DNA from: Alphaproteobacteria bacterium
GTDB lineage: Bacteria > Pseudomonadota > Alphaproteobacteria > Sphingomonadales > Kordiimonadaceae
Direction of reading: 5' to 3'
DNA: 59,651 nt
Assembly: GCA_013372925.1 (NCBI GenBank)
Contig: JABXIV010000061.1
Coordinates: forward strand, 1-59,651
The notes under the pieces were generated by a model. The model had not been told where the DNA came from, ran no database searches, and was given only the letters and a program-made list of their open reading frames with translations. Positions 38,075 to 48,426 of the stretch are shown piece after piece; within the stretch, counting starts at the first letter, position 1; the number at the start of each line of letters is the position of its first letter. Both the position numbers and the translations under genes were made by a program.

Positions 38075-39973
38075 TCAGATATTGGCCAAGTTGGCATCCA
38101 GCTTGGCCAGAGTCCTATCCAGCATCAGGACGCACCACAAAGAAGCGTGGTGATCCCGCCTTGCAGCAAGATGCTCCTCCACCATCGCTGACAAGCCTGA
38201 CCGTGAGATCAAGCCTGTATCAAGCAAAACCTCACTTTTACATAACGCCCTTAACGTGGGTGCCATTTCGTCACGCATCCACTGCCCTGCGGGGATGTCA
38301 AAGCCTCTTTTTGGCCGATCGATCACTGCATCGGGTACAAATCCGCGAATAGCCTGCTTGAAAGCAGCCTTGCCCTCGCCATCAACAATACGGCTATCCG
38401 GGCTAAGGCGCATCCCCCATTCGAAAAACTTGTGATCCAAAAGTGGCACACGCACCTCAAGCGAATGTGCCATACTCGTTCGGTCCACTTTGGTAAGAAT
38501 ATCCCCAGGCAGATAAGTGTTGATATCGATATATTGGATCACCGAAAGCCCATGCGCGCCAGCAACTTCAGCTGCCAGTTCTTCAAACCTTTCATGAGGG
38601 TGATAGCCTGCCAATTTCTTCTTCATGACTTGAGATTGCAGGCGGGTTCTATCTCTATCAGGTGTTTTGGAGACAGATTGAAAATAAGCTTGGGCTGAAT
38701 TTCGCGCCAAGGCTTCTAGCGTAGATTTCGCACGGAAAACCTGTGGAGCCCAATCCATCTTCGGATACATTTTGCTCAGTGGACCAAATATCGCCCGGCG
38801 AAGCATAAGCGGTGCAGCACCACGAAGCTTTTCTTCCATCATATGAAGACGGTAGCGGCGATAACCACCAAAAAGCTCGTCCCCACCATCGCCGGAAAGC
38901 GCAACCTTAACATTTTCTCGCGCCAGTGCGCAGACCTTGTACGTAGGCAAGGCTGACATATCCGCAAACGGCTCGTCAAAAATGGAGGGCATCAGGTCCA
39001 GCAGGCTACTGTCGTGCGCTGATATAAGACGCATACGGTGATGGGTGTTAAAATGGTCCGCCACCATCTGGGCATAACCGCTTTCGTCATATTCTGGCAC
39101 ATCGGAGCCTACCGCGCATGTTTCAACCGGCGAGTTGCTATTGCGGCTCATTAAACCAACCACGGTGCTTGAATCCAGCCCACCAGAAAGAAAAGCGCCC
39201 AGAGGTACGTCCGCTATCATGCGTAGCTTCACGGCCTCTTCCAGCCGATCAAGAAGGGCTTGATGGTCTTCCTCGACGACTGGCGGTGTTACCAAATCAA
39301 GATTCCAATAGCGCTGAAGGTCTTGCCTACCCGTATCCTTTGCAAGCGTGAGAGTGTGGGCAGGTGGCAGTTTTTCAATACCGTTCAGGATTGACTTCGG
39401 ATCAGGTACATATCCGAGGGCCAAAAAATCTTCCATCGCATCCAGCCTCAAGGACCGAACGAATCCAGGGTATTCGAGCAAAGCCTTCATTTCGGATGCG
39501 AAAAGAAAGGTGCCATCCGGCATGTTGGCATAATAAAGCGGCTTTATACCCAGCCTGTCTCGCGCCAGAAATAATATCCCCTTACGATTATCCCATATGG
39601 CGAAGGCAAACATACCTCGTAAGCGCGAAACACACTCTGTGCCCCATTCAAGATATGAGACCAGCAGTACTTCCGTATCAGAACTCGTCTTGAACACATG
39701 TCCAAGAGCCTCAAGCTCGCGGCGCAAATGTTGGAAATTATAAATTTCCCCATTATACGTCAGGACGACGCCCTCGTCCTGACTAAGCATTGGCTGCAGG
39801 CCGCCTTCGACATCAATAATGCTTAAACGGCGGTGCCCCAGGGCAACGTGATCACTCCAGAAGAAACCTTCATCATCAGGGCCCCGATGCTGGATACTAT
39901 CTGTCATACGCCGGAGAGCAACTTGATCTACCCTAGTGCTTGACGTCGTCACGATCCCGCTTATTCCGCACAT
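38075..39973 (-). CDS. asnB: AsnB-family glutamine amidotransferase, XrtA/PEP-CTERM-associated
   Basis: MCGISG Ntn N-terminus, HRGPD, NGEIYN, LSGGLDSS, SGDGGDE and KVDRTSMAHSLEVRVP. Overlaps the xrtA end. Confidence 0.9.
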   Translation of the reverse strand: MCGISGIVTTSSTRVDQVALRRMTDSIQHRGPDDEGFFWSDHVALGHRRLSIIDVEGGLQPMLSQDEGVVLTYNGEIYNFQHLRRELEALGHVFKTSSDTEVLLVSYLEWGTECVSRLRGMFAFAIWDNRKGILFLARDRLGIKPLYYANMPDGTFLFASEMKALLEYPGFVRSLRLDAMEDFLALGYVPDPKSILNGIEKLPPAHTLTLAKDTGRQDLQRYWNLDLVTPPVVEEDHQALLDRLEEAVKLRMIADVPLGAFLSGGLDSSTVVGLMSRNSNSPVETCAVGSDVPEYDESGYAQMVADHFNTHHRMRLISAHDSSLLDLMPSIFDEPFADMSALPTYKVCALARENVKVALSGDGGDELFGGYRRYRLHMMEEKLRGAAPLMLRRAIFGPLSKMYPKMDWAPQVFRAKSTLEALARNSAQAYFQSVSKTPDRDRTRLQSQVMKKKLAGYHPHERFEELAAEVAGAHGLSVIQYIDINTYLPGDILTKVDRTSMAHSLEVRVPLLDHKFFEWGMRLSPDSRIVDGEGKAAFKQAIRGFVPDAVIDRPKRGFDIPAGQWMRDEMAPTLRALCKSEVLLDTGLISRSGLSAMVEEHLAARRDHHASLWCVLMLDRTLAKLDANLANI

Positions 39974-41499
39974 AGGCCTTGGTCCCAGCTTTGCTCGCCA
40001 GAAGGCCACAAAAGTGCCTCCGGTGGATGTGATACAAAAAATCTATTCAAAATAATCCGGGCATCTTCAATAGTCGATGTTAAATCAGTCGCTATTACAA
40101 GGGATTGCCCTATTGCCGGCCTGCCGCTTAGACGCAGCCAAGCCAAATGTAGTTTCGCATCGATGTTGTGCGCATAATGCTTGCCACCGATCACATAGGT
40201 TCGCCACATAAGTCGACGCTCTCCCTGTCGCCAAATCACACTCTCCTCAAAGGCTGCCTTACCCACGTCTACTGGATGTGTATCAATACCCCCAAGTAGC
40301 TGCCATCCATCGTCCAACAACAATGAGGTCGCCCCAACAAGCCGGTGCCCGAGCCTGTCAGGCCAATACAAGAATGTTTTACCCATAACAGTGGCTGCAT
40401 CCTCACGGAAATACCAAGCTTGCCTTAGATCAGCCTCTGCTTCATGTATCCACCGGGTAGCAACATCCGGCATTAGCTGCCGGAAACCACATTCCATACA
40501 TTTTGGGGGAGCCAAGGTCGGCGTAAGACACATCGGCACCGACAGATTACTTCCTGGCAGCCACATTCCTGCCAGAGCTGGTAGAAAGCCGGCAGCCAAC
40601 AGTATCAATGCTGGTGTTGAACTGTTTTGTCGTTCTACTGCCAACTTGCACGAGTTGGGTTCCTGCTCGTTCTCCCTATCGCTGAAGCGATAAGCGCCCG
40701 CGATCAGGAGAATCAAGATAAAGCTCAGGAAACCCCAGCCATAGACAATGTGGTCTACCCCCTTTGCGAAGGACGCGTCAGTCATTTCCCCCAAAAGCAA
40801 TGTCCCATATACGCGCACCGCATTGAAGAAAATGGGTACAATAACCGCAGCGAGCATCATCACGGATCGTCGCTTCCATGAAGAAAATGTGAGGTGGCAC
40901 AAAAGAACACCCAACACCAAACTACTGTTCAGAAACTTCACACCTGCACAGGCCCGGGCGATTTGATAGTAGCCGCTGGAAAGCTTTATCAGCACCCCAT
41001 CCGCTTCAAACTCCATCCCGGACATACCAAGAGCACCAATGACCATCTTTGCCGTGAGGTTCTGTAGCGGTTCAACCAACTGCTGTCCGAGAGGTATCGC
41101 CGCAAAAAGAAAAAGCATTGGGAACAAGATTAGTCTGTAGGCTCGCGGGCCCAGGCACCCAACCACGATGAATTGGATCGCGGTCACCAAGGAAAAGTGC
41201 TGCAAAATGCTTGCCTCGGCAGCACCACCGATCAACCATAGCGCACTTGCGACCAATATTCCCAAGGCAGCAGGCCACCAAAACGAAAGACCACTGTCAG
41301 TCACACGCTCCCATGACCGAAACATAAGCCATAAAGAGACAACAGGAACCCACACCCCGTGGTTATATATATCGGCTTTCCAAACAAGGTCAGCCAATTG
41401 TGCAACACTCTCGAACCATGAAACAAACAGTACCAAGAGAAGAAAAAGCAGCGCTATATAATTACGTCTGTTTCTAAAAACTGCTGCTAACCCGGTCAT
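39961..41499 (-). CDS. xrtA: Exosortase A with C-terminal EpsI-like region
   Basis: Multi-TM protein with HG, LQ..TA, ACAG (Cys), NAVR (Arg) and VDHIVYGW (His) motifs. Confidence 0.9.
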   Translation of the reverse strand: MTGLAAVFRNRRNYIALLFLLLVLFVSWFESVAQLADLVWKADIYNHGVWVPVVSLWLMFRSWERVTDSGLSFWWPAALGILVASALWLIGGAAEASILQHFSLVTAIQFIVVGCLGPRAYRLILFPMLFLFAAIPLGQQLVEPLQNLTAKMVIGALGMSGMEFEADGVLIKLSSGYYQIARACAGVKFLNSSLVLGVLLCHLTFSSWKRRSVMMLAAVIVPIFFNAVRVYGTLLLGEMTDASFAKGVDHIVYGWGFLSFILILLIAGAYRFSDRENEQEPNSCKLAVERQNSSTPALILLAAGFLPALAGMWLPGSNLSVPMCLTPTLAPPKCMECGFRQLMPDVATRWIHEAEADLRQAWYFREDAATVMGKTFLYWPDRLGHRLVGATSLLLDDGWQLLGGIDTHPVDVGKAAFEESVIWRQGERRLMWRTYVIGGKHYAHNIDAKLHLAWLRLSGRPAIGQSLVIATDLTSTIEDARIILNRFFVSHPPEALLWPSGEQSWDQGLCAE

Positions 41500-42701
41500 T
41501 TCACAAGCTCGCTTATAAACCCATCGAACTCTGAGAGACTATGCTGCCACTTGTAATGTTTCAGGATATGCATACGTGCTGCTTCACCAATTGCCGAAGC
41601 CTTGCCAGCGTCTGCCATCAAACTAATCAGAAGGTCCGCAAATTCCTTCGGCTCCTCTGCCACAAGCACATGCTTTCCAATTTGGGCCTCAATTCCTTCT
41701 TTGGCAGCCGCTGTCGCTATTACAGGCTTGGCCATTGCCATGCCCTCGAGAACTTTGTTCTGTATGCCCCGGGCAGTTCTCAGGGGCGCTACAACGACAC
41801 TGGCAGCTGCGATTGCCTCAGCCATATCGTCCACATAGCCAGTTACATCTACGCCACCTGTTTGAGCCAACTGCTTCACCCGTTTCGGGGTTGGCCCTCC
41901 GGCTATTTTAAAGCAGGCTTCAGGAATACGGGATCTGACGATCGGCCAAACATTTTCGACAAACCACTCAGCAGCTTCGATGTTGGGTAAATAGTCCATC
42001 GCACCAGTGAAAATCACGCTGTTCGGCGCCGGGTCAACGCCCGTAAAGCGCTCAGGGTTGAAATGGTCGACATCTACACCGTTATTAAGGTGCATGATCT
42101 TGCCATAACCACCCCCAACGATACGCTGCTTGAACAACCGGGCCTCGTCGGCGCTTACAAAAGTGGTGATAGAAGCCTGGCGAGCGATTACTGCTTCCGC
42201 TTCGGCTAGAACTTTTGCCTCACGAGCATACAGCCACGAAAGAGGAAAAACTGACTGTTTGCTATATGCTTCCCATTTTGCGCTATCGACATCTACAAGG
42301 TCTGCGATAACGGGAAAATCGGGCCGCTCCCGCCCAATCAAAGGACCTACTGCCCCCGAAAACAAAAAGATCAGATCAATCTCTTCCCGCTCCAACAGCC
42401 CCTTAACATAGCGTCTGAGTTTGCTTTTCGGATATGCAGCGAAGGACAAAGGCTCATTCCAGACAAGCCCCATCATGGCGCGCAATTTCAACATAAACTT
42501 ACTGACATAAGTGAAGCATATTGATGTGCTTCTCTGTCTAAGGAAATCTACATACTGCAGATCAGCCTTGCTATCGACATAAAAACCAAGATGCACATCG
42601 TGTTTTTGCAGCAAGTGCTCGAGAAAATGCCAAGAACGTATCTTGTCGCCTTTATTTGGCGGATAAGGAATTCGGTGTGCAAGAAAAAGGATACGGGCCA
42701 T
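41496..42701 (-). CDS. GT4 glycosyltransferase, XrtA-associated (TIGR03087-like)
   Basis: LAHRIPYPPNKGDKIRS, VDVDSAKW, FTGAMDYLPN and ARGIQNKVLE motifs. Confidence 0.9.
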   Translation of the reverse strand: MARILFLAHRIPYPPNKGDKIRSWHFLEHLLQKHDVHLGFYVDSKADLQYVDFLRQRSTSICFTYVSKFMLKLRAMMGLVWNEPLSFAAYPKSKLRRYVKGLLEREEIDLIFLFSGAVGPLIGRERPDFPVIADLVDVDSAKWEAYSKQSVFPLSWLYAREAKVLAEAEAVIARQASITTFVSADEARLFKQRIVGGGYGKIMHLNNGVDVDHFNPERFTGVDPAPNSVIFTGAMDYLPNIEAAEWFVENVWPIVRSRIPEACFKIAGGPTPKRVKQLAQTGGVDVTGYVDDMAEAIAAASVVVAPLRTARGIQNKVLEGMAMAKPVIATAAAKEGIEAQIGKHVLVAEEPKEFADLLISLMADAGKASAIGEAARMHILKHYKWQHSLSEFDGFISELVK

Positions 42702-42705
42702 CAAC

Positions 42706-43752
42706 CTACCCCAGGTGCCTTGAGATCGGTGGCCCGAGAAAGTTAGCGATGGGCAGGGGCATCCTTTTCCATACCGCTATCATCATTTGGTACTTCTTAT
42801 TTTGGGGTGAGATATCCGGAATTGTAGCACCCTCCGCGCGACGATATTGATACTCGAGAAGTGTCGGCTCAAATCCCCAGTTTTTCTTGAATTTGTAGGG
42901 CCCGCTGCCAACCTTTGACCGACCGAAATCAAAATACTTCCTGCCCGTGGCCACCGCGCGCTGCATCAATTCGAAATACATAAAGTCATGTGCGCCGAGC
43001 TCCCTAGCCCCGGCACCTGTCCCGGCATAATATGGCAGCACCGTATCGGTGGTATAGAAACTCATGAGGCCCGCAACCGGGTTCCCTGTTGCCTCACGCA
43101 CGATCTGTATAGATACGTCGCTGCCAAACACGTCTACGAAAGCCTCAAACAAGCGTCTTGGAAAAACCGGCGTCCCTAACCCCCGGACTGACCTTGCGTA
43201 TAGGAAATAAAACTCTTTTATACTTCCATTCCAGTCACTTATGAGATTATTTTTAAGTGATTTACGAACGACGGCCCGTTGCTTTCTCGGAATTTCAAGC
43301 AAGATATCCTGCTCTGCTTTCCCAACAATTTCGCGAATGAAAGTGGCAGACTTGTTTCGCTCTACATACCAGTCAGCGTCACCATCATGCCTTGCCTTTT
43401 TTGTCCTGTATTCCAATACCTCTGCGCCGGCATCAAGCGCGAGGCGCCACGCTTCCTCCTCAAGGGCCTCATAGCTGCCAGTGTCATAAGCAAGCGGCCC
43501 GCCATAAACCCCGAACATACTGGAAACAGCCAATGTACCGAACAAAACGCTTTTACGAATTGTCAGCGGCATTACACCAACAACCGCCCCATCCTGCTCC
43601 GCGATCAAAAACGGACAATGATGACGAGCGCCCTGCTCCACAACGCGTTTCCAACCTGCCTTATGGCAGAAGGTACCCTCCGGATGGCTTGCTACGAAAG
43701 TGTCCCATGCTATGGAATTGGCATCATTCAACTGCCTGACCTTCACAGTCAT
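42706..43752 (-). CDS. FemAB-related protein, XrtA-associated
   Basis: IPRKQRAVVRK, LGTPVF, LPYY, FDFGRSK and FKKNWGF motifs. Confidence 0.9.
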   Translation of the reverse strand: MTVKVRQLNDANSIAWDTFVASHPEGTFCHKAGWKRVVEQGARHHCPFLIAEQDGAVVGVMPLTIRKSVLFGTLAVSSMFGVYGGPLAYDTGSYEALEEEAWRLALDAGAEVLEYRTKKARHDGDADWYVERNKSATFIREIVGKAEQDILLEIPRKQRAVVRKSLKNNLISDWNGSIKEFYFLYARSVRGLGTPVFPRRLFEAFVDVFGSDVSIQIVREATGNPVAGLMSFYTTDTVLPYYAGTGAGARELGAHDFMYFELMQRAVATGRKYFDFGRSKVGSGPYKFKKNWGFEPTLLEYQYRRAEGATIPDISPQNKKYQMMIAVWKRMPLPIANFLGPPISRHLG

Positions 43753-44675
43753 TTGCCCTCTCCCTCGAGGCTACCACGTAGTAGAGGTGCAAACACGTCG
43801 GTCATACTACCCCATTTGCGGCTGTCGCACAGCTTTCCTACCTTTGCTGCCATCCTTCCCTGCCCGGTATAGTGCCTGAACCGAGAGAGCGCCGGAGCAT
43901 CGGCCCTGAAGGGCTGTTCAGGGTCCATTTCCCATGGGTGCATATAAAATACACCAGGCACTTTGTTTTGTTTGATGCTACGATCCAGAAGGCCCTTACC
44001 AATTGCATAAGGCAGCAAACGGAAATATCCGCCACCAGATGCGGGCCAACGTCTTCCTAAGCTTCGGCAGACGCTCAGTGGTACTTCCAGCACACGACCG
44101 GCCCCAATCGGCCAGAAGGGCCTTGTCGGCGCATCAGGCATACCGTAGTGATCAGTTTTCAAAGGATACACGCTCGAGGAATAGCGAAACCCAAGTTTCT
44201 CAAGGCTATCATATACCCACCAGGTTTCTGGCGTTAAGGAGAAGCTTGGTGCACGGTACCCTATAACAGAGACACCTGATGCATCCTCTATTTTCTGCTT
44301 GGCAATACGAACATCTTCAAAAAAGTTATCTGAAGACATTGTAAACAGGCGTTTATGGTCGCTGCCGTGGCAAGCAAGTTCATGGCCTGCGGCATGAATC
44401 TCCCGCAGCAACTCTGGGGACCTCTCGGCAACCCACCCAAGGCAGAAGAATGTGCCTGTTACTCCATGTTTTGTCAGCAATTCGAGAACTTTGTGGGTTT
44501 GATAGACCACCCGGCTCTCAAGATCAGACCAGTCTTCTCGACAAATGGTGTTTTCGAAGGCACCTACCTGAAACCATTCTTCAACATCAACGGTGAATAC
44601 AGAACGTTCACCGAAATCAAAGCCAGCCTCGACCGGCTCTGCAGAAGAAAGAACGCTGAGCTCCTTACTTCTCAT
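43749..44675 (-). CDS. Polysaccharide deacetylase, XrtA-associated
   Basis: TVDVEEWFQV, HELACHG, GYRAPSFS, GGGYFRL and HPWE.D motifs. Confidence 0.9.
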   Translation of the reverse strand: MRSKELSVLSSAEPVEAGFDFGERSVFTVDVEEWFQVGAFENTICREDWSDLESRVVYQTHKVLELLTKHGVTGTFFCLGWVAERSPELLREIHAAGHELACHGSDHKRLFTMSSDNFFEDVRIAKQKIEDASGVSVIGYRAPSFSLTPETWWVYDSLEKLGFRYSSSVYPLKTDHYGMPDAPTRPFWPIGAGRVLEVPLSVCRSLGRRWPASGGGYFRLLPYAIGKGLLDRSIKQNKVPGVFYMHPWEMDPEQPFRADAPALSRFRHYTGQGRMAAKVGKLCDSRKWGSMTDVFAPLLRGSLEGEGK

Positions 44676-45744
44676 CCTTTGAACCGCCACCAGCCAGTTG
44701 GGCCATCAGGTTAGTCAATTGCTTCAAGGTTTCATCCTGAGACTTCATCATGGTCTCAAGCTGATTGAGGCGATTTTCCATTTCTTCAGAGCCTTTGCCT
44801 GAAGCCTTGGACTTGCCACCGTCTTTTCCTTCGCTTGGTTGCCCAACCTTTTCAAGCGGCAACGAAGGATCGTTTTGCAGATTAACAGGCTGAGACCGAG
44901 GCATCGCCGAAGATGTCGGTGTTACTTGGCGCGTATCGCTGGCCATGTCGGCAATAACGGCAGCAACTGTATCCGCATCAATTGTGTGAATCTCTTCCAA
45001 TGAGCCATAAAGCAGAATGCGCGAACACAGTGTGTTCAGGCGGCGTGGCACGCCGGCACTATGCTGGTAAATGGCTTCTACCGCTTCAGCAGTGAAACAT
45101 GGGTCATTGTCCCAGCCAACAAGCCGCAAACGGTGCTCGATATAACCTGCCAGCTCTTCCTCTTCCATTGGGTCAAGGTGATGTGTCGCAATAACGCGCT
45201 GACGCAATTGCTCAAGCTCAGGCGCAGCAAAAATGCGTTCTCTGAATTCAGGCTGGCCTACAAGAAAGCTCTGTAGAAGCGCTTTGTCACCTTCCTGGAA
45301 GTTTGAAAGCATACGCATTTCTTCAAGCGCAGCATTTGAAAGGTTCTGAGCTTCGTCGACAACCAAGAGCGCCCGCCGCCCCATTCGGAATTGTTCCCGC
45401 AAGTATTTCTCAAGCCTTGCAAGCAGCTGCCCCTTGTCCTCAGCTTGCGCATCAAGCCCAAAAGCTGCAACAACACTACGTAACAAATCTTCAGCACTGA
45501 GCTGTGTGCTAACAATCATTGCAGCAATAAATTCGTTGCGATCCAACGTTTCGAAAAGATGTCGTACGAGCGTAGTCTTACCTGTTCCAATGTCACCCGT
45601 GACAATGATAAAACCCTCGCCTTGGTTCAAACCATAGGTAAGGTAAGCCATCGCCTTTTTGTGAGTGCGTGAACTAAAATAAAATCGAGGGTCTGGCGTT
45701 AACTGGAAGGGCCGCCCTTGGAGATTATAAAAACTTTCGTACAT
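44665..45744 (-). CDS. ExeA-like AAA ATPase, XrtA-associated
   Basis: MYESFY...PFQLTPDP, GDIGTGKTT, VDEAQNL, GQPE and GVPRRLN motifs. Confidence 0.9.
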   Translation of the reverse strand: MYESFYNLQGRPFQLTPDPRFYFSSRTHKKAMAYLTYGLNQGEGFIIVTGDIGTGKTTLVRHLFETLDRNEFIAAMIVSTQLSAEDLLRSVVAAFGLDAQAEDKGQLLARLEKYLREQFRMGRRALLVVDEAQNLSNAALEEMRMLSNFQEGDKALLQSFLVGQPEFRERIFAAPELEQLRQRVIATHHLDPMEEEELAGYIEHRLRLVGWDNDPCFTAEAVEAIYQHSAGVPRRLNTLCSRILLYGSLEEIHTIDADTVAAVIADMASDTRQVTPTSSAMPRSQPVNLQNDPSLPLEKVGQPSEGKDGGKSKASGKGSEEMENRLNQLETMMKSQDETLKQLTNLMAQLAGGGSKDEK

Positions 45745-45750
45745 ACCGCT

Positions 45751-47232
45751 CTAAAATGTCCCTCTTAGGTACAGGGTCAAAGCATTTTCCATCAAATCTG
45801 CACCCTGCTCATTAGACTGGCGTTGACTGTGACTAAACATCGCTGAAAACCTAAAGTAGCGTGACAACCGCTTTGACCAATCCAAGCTCCCCACAAAGTA
45901 ATTATCTACTCGAATATTGTCCTCAAATCTACTGCGACGATAGCTGATTGTACCAGATAAGTCAGTGTTTTTATTCACTTTCCGTTTAACACCCGTTGAT
46001 ACTCCCCATGAAGATGCTTGTCCGGAACCATCGTCAAAGGTTCTCCATTCCATGTTACCGTTTACATAAACCTGGGTTCTTTTGTGCCTCCATGTAAGTA
46101 CGGCACTACTATTCTGGCGTCGAAAATCGACATCAGACAGCGAAAAACTTGGATCAGTTTCATCAATCGGTAGCCCCTGACTATCGATAATTCCTTGATT
46201 GTCATCAAATTGATAGGATTGCAGATTATCGTTCAAAACGATGGCGTTGGAGGTCAGTGTATCCGTATAGCTCGCTACAAGATCAAATCTGACAGAGAAG
46301 AAATACTGTAGCCTTGCGTACCATTTACTACGGTTGCCTTCCTGACCAGTCTTCACCGTCAGGTCCAACTTACGTCCTGGCGTGAACCTAAAACCAACAT
46401 CCCAAGACCGACCATCGACAGCCAACTCGGTGGACTGGAAGTCATTTCTGGCAAACCCATAGGAGCCAAGCAAAGCAAAATGCCTGTTAAATTTTAGCGT
46501 AAGCTCTCCACTTACCCGCTCATCCTTGAAGTCATTTACATTCAGGCTTCTGCGTGTGCGTTGACTGCTCGCGGCGACCCTCCACTCAAGGTTATTAAAC
46601 CTGGCTCCAGAGCCAATCGACGCTCTGAATTCATGGGTCTGTGTATCGGAGAAATTGGTCGTAAGAGTTTCGTCCGCAAGGTTGTCTGCGGGACTAAGTG
46701 TCAAGCCGTACCTGTAGCTAAAACGCCAATCTGCCACATTGCGAACTGTGCCCTTAAGAATGGCACTGCCGGTGTAATTCTGAACCAAACGCCGATTGGT
46801 GCTTTTGTTTGCAATGCTTTTCGACAAGCTGCCACCACGATCAAGAAAGACCTGCCTTAAGCTTGCGCGACTATTCAACGTAAGATGATCTTTCCAGGGC
46901 TCCATATCAAAGGTACCAAAAAGATTGTGCCGCCCCTCAGTGGAACCGTCTGACAAGAACTTCAAATAATCATAAGAATAATCAAGAGCACCTCGCAATG
47001 TGCGACCTTCTACACGTGCATTCAAGCCTGGGGACACATTCAAAACCGCATCAAACTTGCGATCACTCTCTGAAAGAAGAGAATTGTCAGAAAACGCTAA
47101 TTTGGCTTCTGCTCTTGGATCAATCCAGACGTGTTGGGCATAAACAGGACGCCCTTCGACTTTTAGCCAAATAGACGCAAAGCCAAGCGCAGCCATCCAA
47201 GCCTGCCGTTTTGTAATGGAGAAAGCCCCCAC
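45751..47232 (-). CDS. Outer-membrane beta-barrel, PEP-CTERM-associated (TIGR03016-like)
   Basis: Signal-like N-terminus, amphipathic strands and C-terminal Phe (LYLRGTF). Canonical position between the kinase and the ATPase. Confidence 0.78.
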   Translation of the reverse strand: MGAFSITKRQAWMAALGFASIWLKVEGRPVYAQHVWIDPRAEAKLAFSDNSLLSESDRKFDAVLNVSPGLNARVEGRTLRGALDYSYDYLKFLSDGSTEGRHNLFGTFDMEPWKDHLTLNSRASLRQVFLDRGGSLSKSIANKSTNRRLVQNYTGSAILKGTVRNVADWRFSYRYGLTLSPADNLADETLTTNFSDTQTHEFRASIGSGARFNNLEWRVAASSQRTRRSLNVNDFKDERVSGELTLKFNRHFALLGSYGFARNDFQSTELAVDGRSWDVGFRFTPGRKLDLTVKTGQEGNRSKWYARLQYFFSVRFDLVASYTDTLTSNAIVLNDNLQSYQFDDNQGIIDSQGLPIDETDPSFSLSDVDFRRQNSSAVLTWRHKRTQVYVNGNMEWRTFDDGSGQASSWGVSTGVKRKVNKNTDLSGTISYRRSRFEDNIRVDNYFVGSLDWSKRLSRYFRFSAMFSHSQRQSNEQGADLMENALTLYLRGTF

Positions 47233-47243
47233 TCAGCGTACCC

Positions 47244-48410
47244 CTATCGCCCGCCGTATCCATAATAGGACGCGAATTTCTTGTTGCTACCGCTATAGCG
47301 TGTCTTGTTCAGCAGCAGATTAATATGCTCGCACGCACTTATCATGCTGAGACTTTCCTTGATCTGAGGTTCGGTTGTTTTCTCTGCCTCAATAACGAAA
47401 ACTGTTTGCCCCATGTATAGCGCCAAAACAGAAGCCGCAGAACTGGCCAGAACCGGCGGCGAGTCAAAAATAACCAAGCGGTCGGGATACCGTGTACCAA
47501 TCTCGCTAACGATCTTCTCCATCCGCTCGCTCGCAAGCAATTCAGTCGTCAGGTTGTGCTGACGACCTGCCGGCAACAGCACCAAATTTGGAATGTTCGT
47601 ACGGATCAGGCAGTCGCCAATTTCGATTTCATCATCAGCAACCACGTCCATCAACCCGCGACCGCCGCTAACGCCAAGCCGATTCAAAACCTCAGGCTTG
47701 GAAAAGTCGGCATCGATGAGCAAAACGGTCGTGTCCTGTTCTGTGGCAATCGACAATGCCAGATTGATGGCGCAAAAGGACTTGCCCTCACCAGGGTTGG
47801 AACTGGTAACCAGCACTACGTTACCCTTGTCTACTTTTTTGTCCTTGCCGAAGGCATTGAGAAGGATCGAACGCTTAATGATCCGAAACTCTTCCGACAT
47901 CAGGTTCGGTGGCATGTCAGGCGTGATGTAACCTGCTTCCCTCAGGGCCACCAAATCGATTTCCTGTTGCTTCTTCTTGCCACCTTTTGACTTGGTGGCT
48001 TTGCCCACTACTTTCGGCGCGGACGGGGCTTCAACCATTGGCGCAGGTTTGGTTGCTGGCTTGAGGAGCTCCGGCGCCGACTCAGCCATATCCGCAAGCT
48101 TGTCGGCAGTCCCTGGCTGGCCAATACCAACGCTTTTTTTCGGAGCGGCAGAGGCAACGGCTTCCTGGTTAGCTGCTTTTTCCTCAGGCGAAAGAGGCTG
48201 ACCGATTCCCCGAAAAGACTTGGGTTTGTCACTGATGGCGTCAGGATTCAAAGATGATGGATCTCTAGGCTGATCTGTTGCCTCTCCAATCGCCCCTATT
48301 GCAGAGGTTTTGCCTACGCTGGCTCCGGTTTTCTCAGCAGCCCTTTCAACCAAAGACCCCTCGGTCTTTTTCTTTTCCTGCTTCTGTGCTGCACGCTCGA
48401 TCAGATCCAT
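47244..48410 (-). CDS. BY-kinase (tyrosine autokinase), XrtA-associated
   Basis: EEFRIIKR, PGEGKSF, LLIDAD and FDSPP motifs, with C-terminal Tyr cluster SYYGY. Confidence 0.9.
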   Translation of the reverse strand: MDLIERAAQKQEKKKTEGSLVERAAEKTGASVGKTSAIGAIGEATDQPRDPSSLNPDAISDKPKSFRGIGQPLSPEEKAANQEAVASAAPKKSVGIGQPGTADKLADMAESAPELLKPATKPAPMVEAPSAPKVVGKATKSKGGKKKQQEIDLVALREAGYITPDMPPNLMSEEFRIIKRSILLNAFGKDKKVDKGNVVLVTSSNPGEGKSFCAINLALSIATEQDTTVLLIDADFSKPEVLNRLGVSGGRGLMDVVADDEIEIGDCLIRTNIPNLVLLPAGRQHNLTTELLASERMEKIVSEIGTRYPDRLVIFDSPPVLASSAASVLALYMGQTVFVIEAEKTTEPQIKESLSMISACEHINLLLNKTRYSGSNKKFASYYGYGGR

Positions 48411-48426
48411 TAAACTTTACCTACTC

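Noticed and set aside
27233-39973. Lasso-peptide cluster interpretation (PqqD + HprK kinase + nucleotidyltransferase + AsnB homologue)
   Set aside because: The AsnB keeps its N-terminal glutaminase Cys (MCGI), is coupled to xrtA and lies about 8 kb away. No transglutaminase-like B2 leader peptidase or short lasso precursor was seen.
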